From Nemertoderma westbladi (Eukaryota > Animalia > Xenacoelomorpha), in the NCBI GenBank assembly GCA_032718475.1, contig JAUCBJ010007537.1, forward strand, positions 1-44,548: 44,548 nt of DNA, written 5' to 3'. Below the pieces are notes generated by a model that saw only the letters and a list, made by a program, of their open reading frames with translations, did not search any database and was not told the origin of the DNA. Made by a program: the position numbers and the translations under genes. Shown here in pieces: positions 1 through 11,226 of this stretch; position 1 is the first letter of the stretch; each line of letters opens with the position of its first letter.

Positions 1-383
1 ATATATGTATATAACATAGAAAATTTCATAGTTACCCGCTAGATGACGCTAAACTTTGTCAACTATATACATGTATAACTATTTCTTATACGCAATAATT
101 TTTATTGTCCGTTTAAATCCTTTTTTTTTATTTTTTATGTCCTCCAAAAATTTAATGTTATGTTCCATGCTACCCAGCTACCGGTTTCTCTACTGCTGTT
201 CTCTCAGGCTATCAGTACCAGTATTAGTATATATAGCACTATGTTGCTGTATTGTATGTACAGATGTAGGTATAAAGCAGGTATTTCTGTATTTTAGTAC
301 CGGTACCGGCACCGGTACTGCTGTAGGCCTACTGTATAGCATACCATTTAAATACGGTACTGGTAGGCCTAACGGCTGACCGG

Positions 384-950
384 TTGTTTTGGTTAGAAAA
401 TCCCGCCTCTGTAACCTGCTCCTTTCCCCCGCCTCTGTAACCTGCCCCTTTCCCTCAATTAGTTAAATGATCGTTTATTGTTTTGGTTAGAAAATCCCGC
501 CTCTGTAACCTGCTCCTTTCCCTCAATTAGTTAAGTGATCGTTTATTGTTTTGGTTAGGAAATCCCGCCTATGTAACCTGCTCCTTTCTCTCAATTGGTA
601 ATGTTATCGTTTATTGTTTTGGTTAGAAAATCCCGTCTCTGTAACCTGCTCCTTTCCCTGATTTGGTAATGTGACTGTTTATTGTTTTGGTTAGAAAATC
701 CCGCCTCTGTAACCTGCTCCTTTCTCTCAATTGGTAATGTTATCGTTTATTGTTTTGGTTATAAAATCCCGTCTCTGTAACCTGCTCCTTTCCCTCAATT
801 AGTTAAATGATAGTTTATTGTTTTGGTTAGAAAATCCCGCCTCTGTAACCTGCTGCTTTCCCTGATTTGGTAAAGTAACTGTTTATTGTTTTGGTTAGAA
901 AATCCGGCCTTAACCTGCTCCTTTCCATCAATTGGTAATTGTTTTTGGCT
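384..950. repeat. 68-bp minisatellite, about 8 copies
   Basis: ttgttttggttagaaaatcccgcctctgtaacctgctcctttccc recurs at 478, 546, 614, 682, 750, 818 and 886; the first unit has an internal duplication. Confidence 0.95.
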
Positions 951-1081
951 ATAAAATGAGTGTTTTGCTACGGCATGTGGTAATCGATTATCGACAACAA
1001 CCACAAACTATTAAATTTAGAGTCTTTTACCACAGGCGCATATGGAATTCTATCTCATAGTCTATAAATCTTGGAATCATG

Positions 1082-1300
1082 GAATGTTTTGGCACAGGCA
1101 TAGTGAAACCAACTGTCCGACAGACCAGAAATCAACAAATTTTGAATGTTTTGGCATAGGCATGTTGAAATCAACTGTCTGACAGTCCAGAAATCAGCAG
1201 TCTGACAGTTTGAAGAAATACATACATAAAAAGTCATTAAAAGGACAACAAAAGTCATTAAAAGGACAACAAAAGTCATTAAAAGCACAGTCATTATGCA
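1082..1300. repeat. Short tandem duplications (62 bp x2, then 21 bp x3)
   Basis: gaatgttttggca...cagaaatca occurs twice, followed by aaaagtcattaaaaggacaac-like units. Confidence 0.75.
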
Positions 1301-1512
1301 CAATTCATAAAAAAAGGAGGACAAAAAAGTCAAATAAAAGGACATAAAAAATCACTGCCTTTCTTATACATACCGCATATATTTCACAATGGGACCAGTG
1401 GCCTAAAATCTGAGAGGAATAGACATGTATATACTGTATGTATAAGTATTTTCAGATACATGTAGTCGTACTGTAGTACTGTACAACGCTCAAAATACAA
1501 ATACTAAGCATC

Positions 1513-2050
1513 TGTCACCTGAACTGGGGTCCTATTATTGTGGACTGTGGTACAGCATTACAGAATGTAGCCTATACCGCAAACAGGCCATTGCTTGGCC
1601 CGGTCCATACGAGTTTATTTGCTTTTAGCTTCGCCAAAAGCGAGGCACCATGGGGCCATAAATAACAGAGGAACAATGATCTCGGTATCACGGTGTAATG
1701 CACCGGGTTACCGATATATTGTTACCTAAGCCGTTATGGACCGTCCCATGACTGTACGGGTAATGACTAGCAGACATGCTGACCTACCTAAAGCTCCCAA
1801 TGCCCTGCCCCTTTAAAGCCTTGCTCAGTGATGCAGAACCAATTAGGCACGATCTCGCCACTAGCGAGACAATGTTACATTGTTCGCAAAGAGCCCAAAC
1901 GTCCCTCCTACTGCTACCCACTAGCTACCCTGTCATCCACTCTACCTCCACTCAGCACATACTTTACCGGTTACAATTAGAGCGGCGAACCATGAAAGAC
2001 TTTTATTTGGCTGGATGCTGATTCTCCGGACTATTATAGTTTGGCCTACA
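1513..2050 (-). mobile_element. Dispersed ~540-bp repeat, LTR-like (copy 1)
   Basis: Near-identical reverse complement of 34304-34847. In element orientation it reads TGT...ACA, has AATAAA about 100 nt from the 3' end and is preceded by a purine-rich GATAGGAGG tract. No TSD found, so the LTR call is tentative; the repeat itself is certain. Confidence 0.55.
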
Positions 2051-2302
2051 GGGCCACCTCCTATCATTCTGTGTCATTATATCATTTGCAGGCTATTGTA
2101 TCCGTGACTTTCTATAATGAGGTCTGATACAGCTTACACAGAAAAAGCAATCGTGTTTAAATTTTTAGAGAATTTCAATTTTGAACTATACAGTATATTC
2201 GGTATACTGGCGTTTCGGCCTGAACGTCTGTTACCCAGTATAATCAGATGTGTATGTACAATAGGGATGGTGCGCGAAAAATTTATTTGGCTAGAAACTA
2301 TA

Positions 2303-5300
2303 ATTGAATACCAAGGTAACGAAGTCCACTATTGAATAAAGGGTAACAAAGTCCCCTATTGAATAAAGGGTAACAAAGTCCCCTATTGAATAAAGGGTAA
2401 CAAAGTCCCCTATCCATATTGAAGAAGTGATAACAAGGTCCCCTATTGAATATCAAGGTAACGAAGTCCACTATTGAATAAAGGGTAACAAAGTCCCCTA
2501 TTGAATAAAGGGTAACAAAGTCCTCTATTGAATAAAGGGTAACAAAGTCCCCTATTGAATAAAGGGTAACAAAGTCCCCTATTGAATAAAGGGTAACAAA
2601 GTCCCCTATTGAATAAAGGGTAACAAAGTCCCCTATCCATATTGAAGAAGTGATAACAAGGTCCCCTATTGAATATCAAGGTAACGAAGTCTACAATTGA
2701 ATAAAGGGTAACAAAGTCCCCTATTGAATAAAGGGTAACAAAGTCCCCTATTGAATAAAGGGTAACAAAGTCCCCTATTGAATAAAGGGTAACAAAGTCC
2801 CCTATTCAATAAAGGGTAACAAAGTCCCCTATTGAATAAAGGGTAACAAAGTCCCCTATTGAATAAAGGGTAACAAAGTCCCCTATCCATATTGAAGAAG
2901 TGATAACAAGGTCCCCTATTGAATATCAAGGTAACGAAGTCCACTATTGAATAAAGGGTAACAAAGTCCCCTATTGAATAAAGGGTAACAAAGTCCCCTA
3001 TTGAATAAAGGGTAACAAAGTCCCCTATTGAATAAAGGGTAACAAAGTCCCCTATTAAATAAAGGGTAACAAAGTCCCCTATTGAATAAAGGGTAACAAA
3101 GTCCCCTGTCCATATTGAAGAAGTGATAACAAGGTCTCCTATTGAATACCAAGGTAACGAAGTCCACTATTGAATAAAGGGTAACAAAGTCCCCTATTGA
3201 ATAAAGGGTAACAAAGTCCCCTATTGAATAAAGTGTAACAAAGTCCCCTATTGAATAAAGTGTAACAAAGTCCACTATTGAATAAAGGGTAACAAAGTCC
3301 CCTATCCATATTGAAGAAGTGATAACAAGGTCCCCTATTGAATATCAAGGTAACGAAGTCCACTATTGAATAAAGGGTAACAAAGTCCCCTATTGAATAA
3401 AGGGTAACAAAGTCCCCTATCCATATTGAAGAAGTGATAACAAGGTCCCCTATTGAATATCAAGGTAACGAAGTCCACTATTGAATAAAGGGTAACAAAG
3501 TCCCCTATTGAATAAAGGGTAACAAAGTCCCCTATTAAATAAAGGGTAACAAAGTCCCCTATTGAATAAAGGGTAACAAAGTCCCCTATCCATATTGAAG
3601 AAGTGATAACAAGGTCTCCTATTGAATACCAAGGTAACGAAGTCCACTATTGAATAAAGTGTAACAAAGTCCCCTATTGAATAAAGGGTAACAAAGTCCC
3701 CTATTGAATAAAGGGTAACAAAGTCCCCTATTGAATAAAGGGTAACAAAGTCCCCTATTGAATAAAGGGTAACAAAGTCCCCTATTAAATAAAGGGTAAC
3801 AAAGTCCCCTATTGAATAAAGGGTAACAAAGTCCCCTATCCATATTGAAGAAGTGATAACAAGGTCTCCTATTGAATACCAAGGTAACGAAGTCCACTAT
3901 TGAATAAAGTGTAACAAAGTCCCCTATTGAATAAAGGGTAACAAAGTCCCCTATTGAATAAAGGGTAACAAAGTCCCCTATTGAATAAAGGGTAACAAAA
4001 TCCTCTATTGAATAAAGGGTAACAAAGTCCCCTATTGAATAAAGGGTAACAAAGTCCCCTATTGAATAAAGGGTAACAAAATCCCCTATTTAATAAAGGG
4101 TAACAAAGTCCCCTATTGAATAAAGGGTAACAAAGTCCCCTATTGAATAAAGGGTAACAAAGTCCCCTATTGAATAAAGGGTAACAAAATCCCCTATTGA
4201 ATAAAGGGTAACAAAGTCCCCTATTGAATAAAGGGTAACAAAGTCCCCTATTGAATAAAGGGTAACAAAGTCCCCTATTGAATACCAAGGTAACGAAGTC
4301 CACTATTGAATAAAGGGTAACAAAGTCCCCTATTGAATAAAGGGTAACAAAGTCCCCTATTGAATAAAGGGTAACAAAGTCCCCTATTGAATACCAAGGT
4401 AACGAAGTCCACTATTGAATAAAGGGTAATAAAGTCCCCTATTGAATAAAGGGTAACAAAGTCCCCTATTGAATAAAGGGTAACAAAGTCCCCTATTGAA
4501 TAAAGGGTAACAAAGTCCCCTATTGAATACCAAGGTAACGAAGTCCACTATTGAATAAAGGGTAACAAAGTCCCCTATTGAATAAAGGGTAACAAAGTCC
4601 CCTATTGAATAAAGGGTAACAAAGTCCCCTATTGAATAAAGGGTAACAAAGTCCCCTATTGAATAAAGGGTAACAAAGTCCCCTATTGAATAAAGGGTAA
4701 CAAAGTCCCCTATTGAATAAAGGGCAACAAAGTCCCCTATTGAATAAAGGGTAACAAAGTCCCCTATTGAATAAAGGGTAACAAAGTCCCCTATTGAATA
4801 AAGGGTAACAAAGTCCCCTATTGAATAAAGGGTAACAAAGTCCCCTATTAAATAAAGGGTAACAAAGTCCCCTATTAAATAAAGGGTAACAAAGTCCCCT
4901 ATTGAATAAAGGGTAACAAAGTCCCCTATTGAATAAAGGGTAACAAAGTCCACTATCCATATTGAAGAAGTGATAACAAGGTCCCCTATTGAATATCAAG
5001 GTAACGAAGTCCACTATTGAATAAAGGGTAACAAGGTTATGGGGTAACAAGGTGTCCTATTGGATAAAGGGTAACAAGGTCGCATATTGAATAAGGGGTA
5101 ACAAGGTCCCGTATTGAATAAAGGGTAACAAGGTCGCATATTGAATAAGGGGTAACAAGGTCCCGTATTGAATAAAGGGTAACAAAGTCCCCTATTGAAT
5201 AAAGGGTAACAACGTCCCCTATCCATATTGAAGAAGTGATAACAAGGTCCCCTATTGAATATCAAGGTAACGAAGTCCACTATTGAATAAAGGGTAACAA

Positions 5301-7464
5301 AGTCCCCTATTGAATAAAGGGTAACAAAGTCCCCTATTGAATAAAGGGTAACAAAGTCCCCTATTGAATAAAGGGTAACAAAGTCCCCTATCCATATTGA
5401 AGAAGTGATAACAAGGTCCCCTATTGAATATCAAGGTAACGAAGTCCACTATTGAATAAAGGGTAACAAAGTCCCCTATTGAATAAAGGGTAACAAAGTC
5501 CCCTATTAAATAAAGGGTAACAAAGTTCCCTATTGAATAAAGGGTAACAAAGTCCCCTATCCATATTGAAGAAGTGATAACAAGGTCTCCTATTGAATAC
5601 CAAGGTAACGAAGTCCACTATTGAATAAAGGGTAACAAAGTCCCCTATTGAATAAAGGGTAACAAAGTCCCCTATTGAATAAAGGGTAACAAGGTCCCCT
5701 ATTGAATAAAGGGTAACAAGGTTATGGGGTAACAAGGTGTCCTATTGGATAAAGGGTAACAAGGTCGCATATTGAATAAGGGGTAACAAGGTCCCGTATT
5801 GAATAAGGGGTAACAAGGTCCTCTATGGAATAAAGGGTAACAAGGTTATGGGGTAACAAGGTGTCCTATTGAATAAAGGGTAACAAGGTCGCATATTGAA
5901 TAAGGGGTAACAAGGTCCCCTATTGAATAAAGGGTAACAAGGTGTCCTATTGAATAAGGGGTAACAAGGTTCCATATTGAATAAGGGGTAACAAGGTCCC
6001 GTATTGAATAAGGGGTAACAAGGTCCTCTATTGAATAAAGGGTAACAAGGTTATGGGGTAACAAGGTGTCCTATTGAATAAAGGGTAACAAGGTCGCCTA
6101 TTGAATAAGGGGTAACAAGGTCCCCTATTGAATAAAGGGTAACAAGGTTCCATATTGAATAAGGGGTAACAAGGTCCCGTATTGAATAAGGGGTAACAAG
6201 GTCCCTATTAAATAAAGGGTAAGAAGGTTATGGGGTAACAAGGTGTCCTATTGAATAAAGGGTAACAAGGTCGCCTATTGAATAAGGGGTAACAAGGTCC
6301 CCTATTGAATAAAGGGTAACAAGGTGTCCTATTGAATAAAGGGTAACAAGGTTCCATATTGAATAAGGGGTAACAAGGTCCCGTATTGAATAAGGGGTAA
6401 CAAGGTCCCTATTAAATAAAGGGTAAGAAGGTTATGGGGTAACAAGGTGTCCTATTGAATAAAGGGTTACAAGGTTATGGGGTAACAAGGTGTCCTATTG
6501 AATAAAGGGTAACAAGGTCGCATATTGAATAAGGGGTAACAAGGTCCCCTATTGAATAAGGGGTAACAAGGTCCCCTATTGAATAAAGGGTAAGAAGGTT
6601 ATGGGGTAACAAGGTGTCCTATTGAATAAAGGGTAACAAGGTCGCATATTGAATAAGGGGTAACAAGGTCCCGTATTGAATAAAGGGTAACAAGGTTATG
6701 GGGTAACAAGGTGTCCTATTGGATAAAGGGTAACAAGGTCGCATATTGAATAAGGGGTAACAAGGTCCCGTATTGAATAAGGGGTAACAAGGTCCCCTAT
6801 TGAATAAAGGGTAAGAAGGTTATGGGGTAACAAGGTGTCCTATTGAATAAAGGGTAACAAGGTCGCATATTGAATAAGGGGTAACAAGGTCCCGTATTGA
6901 ATAAAGGGTAACAAGGTTATGGGGTAACAAGGTGTCCTATTGAATAAAGGGTAACAAGGTTATGGGGTAACAAGGTGTCCTATTGAATAAAGGGTAACAA
7001 GGTCCATATTGAATAAGGGGTAACAAGGTCCCGTATTGAATAAGGGGTAACAAGGTCCCCTATTGAATAAAGGGTAAGAAGGTTATGGGGTAACAAGGTG
7101 TCCTATTGAATAAAGGGTAACAAGGTTATTGGGTAACAAGGTGTCCTATTGAATAAAGGGTAACAAGGTCGCATATTGAATAAGGGGTAACAAGGTCCCC
7201 TATTGAATAAAGGGTAACAAGGTGTCCTATTGAATAAAGGGTAACAAGGTCCCATATTGAATAAGGGGTAACAAGGTCCCGTATTGAATAAGGGGTAACA
7301 AGGTCCCGTATTGAATAAGGGGTAACAGAAGGTCCCCTATTGAATAAAGGGTAAGAAGGTTATGGGAAAACAAGGTGTCTTATTGAATAAAGGGTAACAA
7401 GATCCCCTATTGAATAAAGGTATAAGGTAAACAAGGTGTCCTATTGAATAAGGGGTATCAAGGT
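2303..7464. repeat. 27-bp satellite array (~5.2 kb) with two variant domains
   Basis: Unit tattgaataaagggtaacaaagtcccc. A recurrent variant cassette (ccatattgaagaagtgataacaagg...gtaacgaagtccac) marks the left part; a different variant set (ggttatggggtaacaaggtgtcc) dominates from about 5700. Confidence 0.98.
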
Positions 7465-7722
7465 ACACTGAATTGAGTGGCTGGGTGTTTTTTTTTTAAA
7501 ACACGAATTTATTATAAACAAATTTACACCAAATTCTTTCGTATTTTTACTTTTTTGCGCTTTAATATAAGGGGGGTACGAATATGGAGTTCGCTGCATT
7601 GAATTGATATGCGGCCTCCATTTCTTATGTGATGTAACAGGTAACTGCCAAAAGAGAAATGAGCTTCGGGTTGTATACTAAGGTCGTGTTTTAAGTTCAT
7701 CGTCATAATTATATTAGTTCAC

Positions 7723-7877
7723 CGACATAATTATGTTAATTAATCGACATAATTATGTTAATTAATCGACATAATTATGTTAATTAATCGACATAATTAT
7801 GTTAATTAATCGACATAATTATGTTAATTAATCGACATAATTATGTTAATTAATCGACATAATTATGTTAATTAATC
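7723..7877. repeat. 22-bp palindromic minisatellite x7
   Basis: Perfect copies of cgacataattatgttaattaat, built from the palindromes ACATAATTATGT and TTAATTAA. Confidence 0.97.
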
Positions 7878-8313
7878 CTTCTTCACCTTTTTTTAAAAGT
7901 TATTTGTTACCCAATAGGTTGCAATAAAATATGAATTATGAAAATTATTGTATTTCTACGGAAACAGATTTCAGTGAAATATTGTGAAATAATTTTTTGG
8001 GACAATATGCGCATGCGCAATGCTCACACTTCTATTATACAATATAACGTCAATGGAAGTAATTATTTAATTAAATACATTGTATACACAGGAGATAAAT
8101 AAGATAGAGACAACTATTTGTAAATATAAGAATATAAATCAACTACAGACAAACAATGTTGAATGAAAAATATAAGAAGAATTAAAGAAGCATAATTAAA
8201 AAAAAAACATTTAATAGGATTAAAGAGTTTAAACAAGCGTGATGTCTCTATGTGATGTTCTACAAACGTGATGTCTTTATGTGATGTTCTACAAACGTGA
8301 TGTTCAAGTCACT

Positions 8314-9752
8314 TCAGTCACAATATTTTGGTGATGGAAGTTTGTCGCTGTTTGTTTGCGCATGATTGGAAAAGTTGAGGACCCCTGGTGTTATAGGAAG
8401 TAAACCAGGGGCCAAACCCTGCTGGGGTGTTGTGATGCCTTGAGGGGAATGAGTGAAGAGGCACTGAGAGTTAGAAGTACGTGGGGCGACATTGGAGTTG
8501 GGAAGGGGGAAAGGTGAGTTAGGCAGTGGAAAGGAGTTGTTAGGTGGGGAAACATTGGAGATAGGCAATGGAAAATGGTTGTTAGGTAGGGAAATATTGG
8601 AGTTAGGCAATGGGAAATGGTTGTTAGGTAGGGAAATATTGGAGTTAGGCAAAGGGAAATGGTTGGTAGGTAGGGAAACATTGGAGTTAGGCAATGGGAA
8701 CGGGTTGTTAGGTAGGGAAACATTGGAGTTAGGCAATGGGAAAGGGTTGTTAGGTAGGGAAATATTGGAGTTAGGCAATGGGAAAGGGTTGTTAGGTAGG
8801 GAAGTATTGGAGTTAGGCAGGATGCCAGGACGGATGGAGTGACCGCCAAATCCCTGCATCCAGGCCGAATTCATATAGGAGGGTAAATCGAAGGGAGTAA
8901 AAGGGGGGAAACCAGGTGGTAACCCAGCAACCTGTTGTGCTGGTAACCCAGCAACCTGTTGTGCTGGTAACCCAGCAACCTGTTGTGGTATCCCAGCAAC
9001 CTGCTGTGGTAACCCAGCAACCTGTTGTTTGGGCTGCGCGGTAGTCGTATTTACTGTTGGGATGGTAACGACAGGAGCCGATGGTAACCCCATTTGAGGA
9101 CAACTAGTTGCCCCGGGTAACTTGCGGGAACACGCTGTGAATTGCGCTAAATTATTAGCGAATGACATTAGTTGGTTCGTCAAGGCACTGTCCTCCTTTG
9201 TTCTGGTAGTAAAATTATTTCTAACTCCACCCGTAATGTTGGGAGGTGGAGAAGGTAAAACTATTGGTAGAGAGGTACCGGTACCGGAAGCGGTTAATGG
9301 AGGAGACGTGTCTGCAGTTGATGCTGGTGGCCCTGATTGTACAACTGGCCCTGATTGTACAACTGGCCCTGATTGTACAACTGGCCCTGATTGTACAACT
9401 GGCCCTGATTGTACAACTGGCCCTGATTGTACACCTGGTTCTGTCTCAGAAGTTGGCGTTGATTGTGCAGTAGAGGCTGTTGTTAGATCCTTGAGGAGGT
9501 TTTCTGCACTCGAGTGTGAACCTATTTTATACTGCTGACATGTTCTGCTCGATAGCAGTAACTCTATAGCATTGATTATATTTCCGCTGCAGCCCTTAAG
9601 AATAAGTTCCAGAATTTCCTTTTTGTGGTCTGGGAATATTTTGGTGAGAACATCTGTCGGGGGGAGTTTGTCCCCTGTCTCGTCGATATGATTACTGATG
9701 TCCGAAGCCGATAGGCTACTGATGTCGCTAGATACGTCATCAGGTTTGTCGT
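8314..9752 (-). CDS. dmrt3: Dmrt3-like coding exon 4 (DMA domain and long low-complexity C-terminus)
   Basis: Acceptor AATTTCAG|AC at 9753/9752. I translated the frame by hand with no stop from 9750 into the supplied ORF 9183-8314. DMA domain [36 protein letters not shown] lies at about 9660-9553. A further hidden intron cannot be excluded. Confidence 0.85.
8490..8820 (-). repeat. Coding 42-bp repeat ([14 protein letters not shown]) x7 plus partial copies in Dmrt exon 4
   Basis: Visible in the translation of ORF 8314-9183 and in the DNA. Confidence 0.9.
8917..9028 (-). repeat. Coding 21/24-bp repeat (QQVAGLP[A]) x5
   Basis: ggtaacccagcaacctgttgt units within the exon 4 frame. Confidence 0.88.
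9328..9433 (-). repeat. Coding 18-bp repeat (PVVQSG) x6
   Basis: tggccctgattgtacaac units, frame-preserving, within exon 4. Confidence 0.9.
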
Positions 9753-10518
9753 CTGAAATTGAAATTGAAATTATATTATTATATATTAGATGATCAAATC
9801 AACTAATTATTTGTAATGTCCATATCAATATCATCCATTTATAGTAGTAGGCCCACATGTATTGATTGAAATATACATTAAAGTGGATTCCACAAACCAA
9901 ATTGAGAATTGATTTTATTTAGTATCGGGTTGATTAGTTTGTTGGCACAGAAAACGATACATTGTTATTCCAATGCGAGATGTTACAATGTTCTCATACA
10001 AAGTAATCAGCGAGGACCAACAGATTAAACTGAGATAATAAAAATATCTAGAAACTCTTTTGTTATTTGGTTTTAAAGTTGCCAAAATAGTAATTAACAT
10101 TTCAAAGGGCCTTGGAATCTAATACTGTATGATATCAACTGTAATTAGCCGGTATAGAATGAGGCGGTGGTGAAAGGGATATTAGATTGCCGCATACTAT
10201 ATTGTTATTACAGCAGTGTGATATTTCGTTTTAGATACATTTATTTAATAATTTTATCAAGGAAATTTGGCAGAGGAAAATCATTACCATTTATGTGTTA
10301 TTGTATATGAATATATACTGCCTCCAGCAAAAATATATAATATATTGATACATTTTGTAATTAAAGGATCGAAATATTTTATATACTGTGGAGGTTTCCT
10401 TTTCTATCAAGAATCACCCATAAACCACCAGAAATAACCATCGGATCTCATTGGAGATCCGATATGGTATGGTATGGATATGTTAGTTGTCATGGTCACA
10501 AACATAACATAAACTCAC

Positions 10519-10720
10519 AGAGATGGTTCATCATTAACATCGGCATCGGTACCGATGGAACCGGTTCCGGGTCGCTTTTAGAAGGGCTGTCCTCGCCGTC
10601 ACTAGCACCGAGGTCCTTGGCTCGCTGCGCTCCTCCACCTGAGGGGTGGGTTAGACTGCGAACCATCTGGTACTGGTACATAATGGATTGCTCGTGTGCT
10701 TGTTGCCGCCGTAACGCAAC
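10519..10720 (-). CDS. dmrt3: Dmrt3-like coding exon 3 (DM helix tail VALRRQQA and linker)
   Basis: Acceptor ATTAAG|GTT at 10721/10720 gives VALRRQQAHEQ, the expected continuation after VMAAQ. Phase-1 donor T|GTGAGT at 10519/10518 matches the phase of exon 4. Confidence 0.9.
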
Positions 10721-10794
10721 CTTAATGAGTTAAATTATAATAGTAATAATAATATAATTATGACTACAAGATGTTTAACTTCACATTTGTAAAA

Positions 10795-11001
10795 TAATTC
10801 TTATATATTTCAGAGGTTCTCTGGTTCCGCTTACCTGGGCTGCTAGTAATTCTTATATATTTCAGAGGTTCTCTGGTTCCGCTTACCTGGGCTACCAGTA
10901 ATTCTTATATATTTCAGAGGTTCTCTGGTTCCGCTTACCTGGGCTGCCAGTAATTCTTATATATTTCAGAGGTTCTCTGGTTCCGCTTACCTGGGCTGCC
11001 A
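10795..11001 (-). repeat. 52-bp tandem repeat x4 containing the exon 2 splice donor
   Basis: Units start at 10795, 10847, 10899 and 10951 (taattcttatatatttcagaggttctctggttccgcttacctgggctgccag). Each carries CCCAG|GTAAGC on the minus strand. Confidence 0.97.
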
Positions 11002-11111
11002 TCACACGTTGGCGTTCAGCAATAAGGACACATTTCTCGCACATACATTCTTTGAATCGGCAGTATCTTTTGTGACCTTTCAACCAAGAAAGAACACCGT
11101 GATTTCTACAT
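10991..11111 (-). CDS. dmrt3: Dmrt3-like coding exon 2 (DM zinc-binding core)
   Basis: Acceptor TTTCAG|A at 11112/11111 completes the Arg codon. Encodes [40 protein letters not shown]; [15 protein letters not shown] is the DMRT3-type signature. Donor CAG|GTAAGC at 10991/10990. Confidence 0.95.
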
Positions 11112-11226
11112 CTGAAATATGTATTTATAATGTATAATATGTAAATAATAATAATAGTATTTATTTTCTATTCCCCTAAAAGTCTGGTTCATATATATAT
11201 ACTTCTATGTACTCTTATTATTAACA

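Noticed and set aside
1776-2021. 81-aa ORF duplicated at 34339-34584
   Set aside because: Identity reflects the recent DNA repeat, not protein-level conservation, and there is no recognisable motif.
2443-6064. RGLCYPLFN / DFVTLYSIG repeat ORFs
   Set aside because: Translations of the 27-bp satellite, repeatedly broken by stops and frameshifts.
8008-8019. Perfect NRF1-type palindrome TGCGCATGCGCA downstream of Dmrt3
   Set aside because: A single motif without promoter context; it is common in non-autonomous transposon remnants.
8492-9538. Plus-strand ORFs (8492-8842, 9122-9538, 9246-9473) overlapping exon 4
   Set aside because: Antisense shadows of the repetitive Dmrt coding sequence; the minus frame carries the DMA domain.
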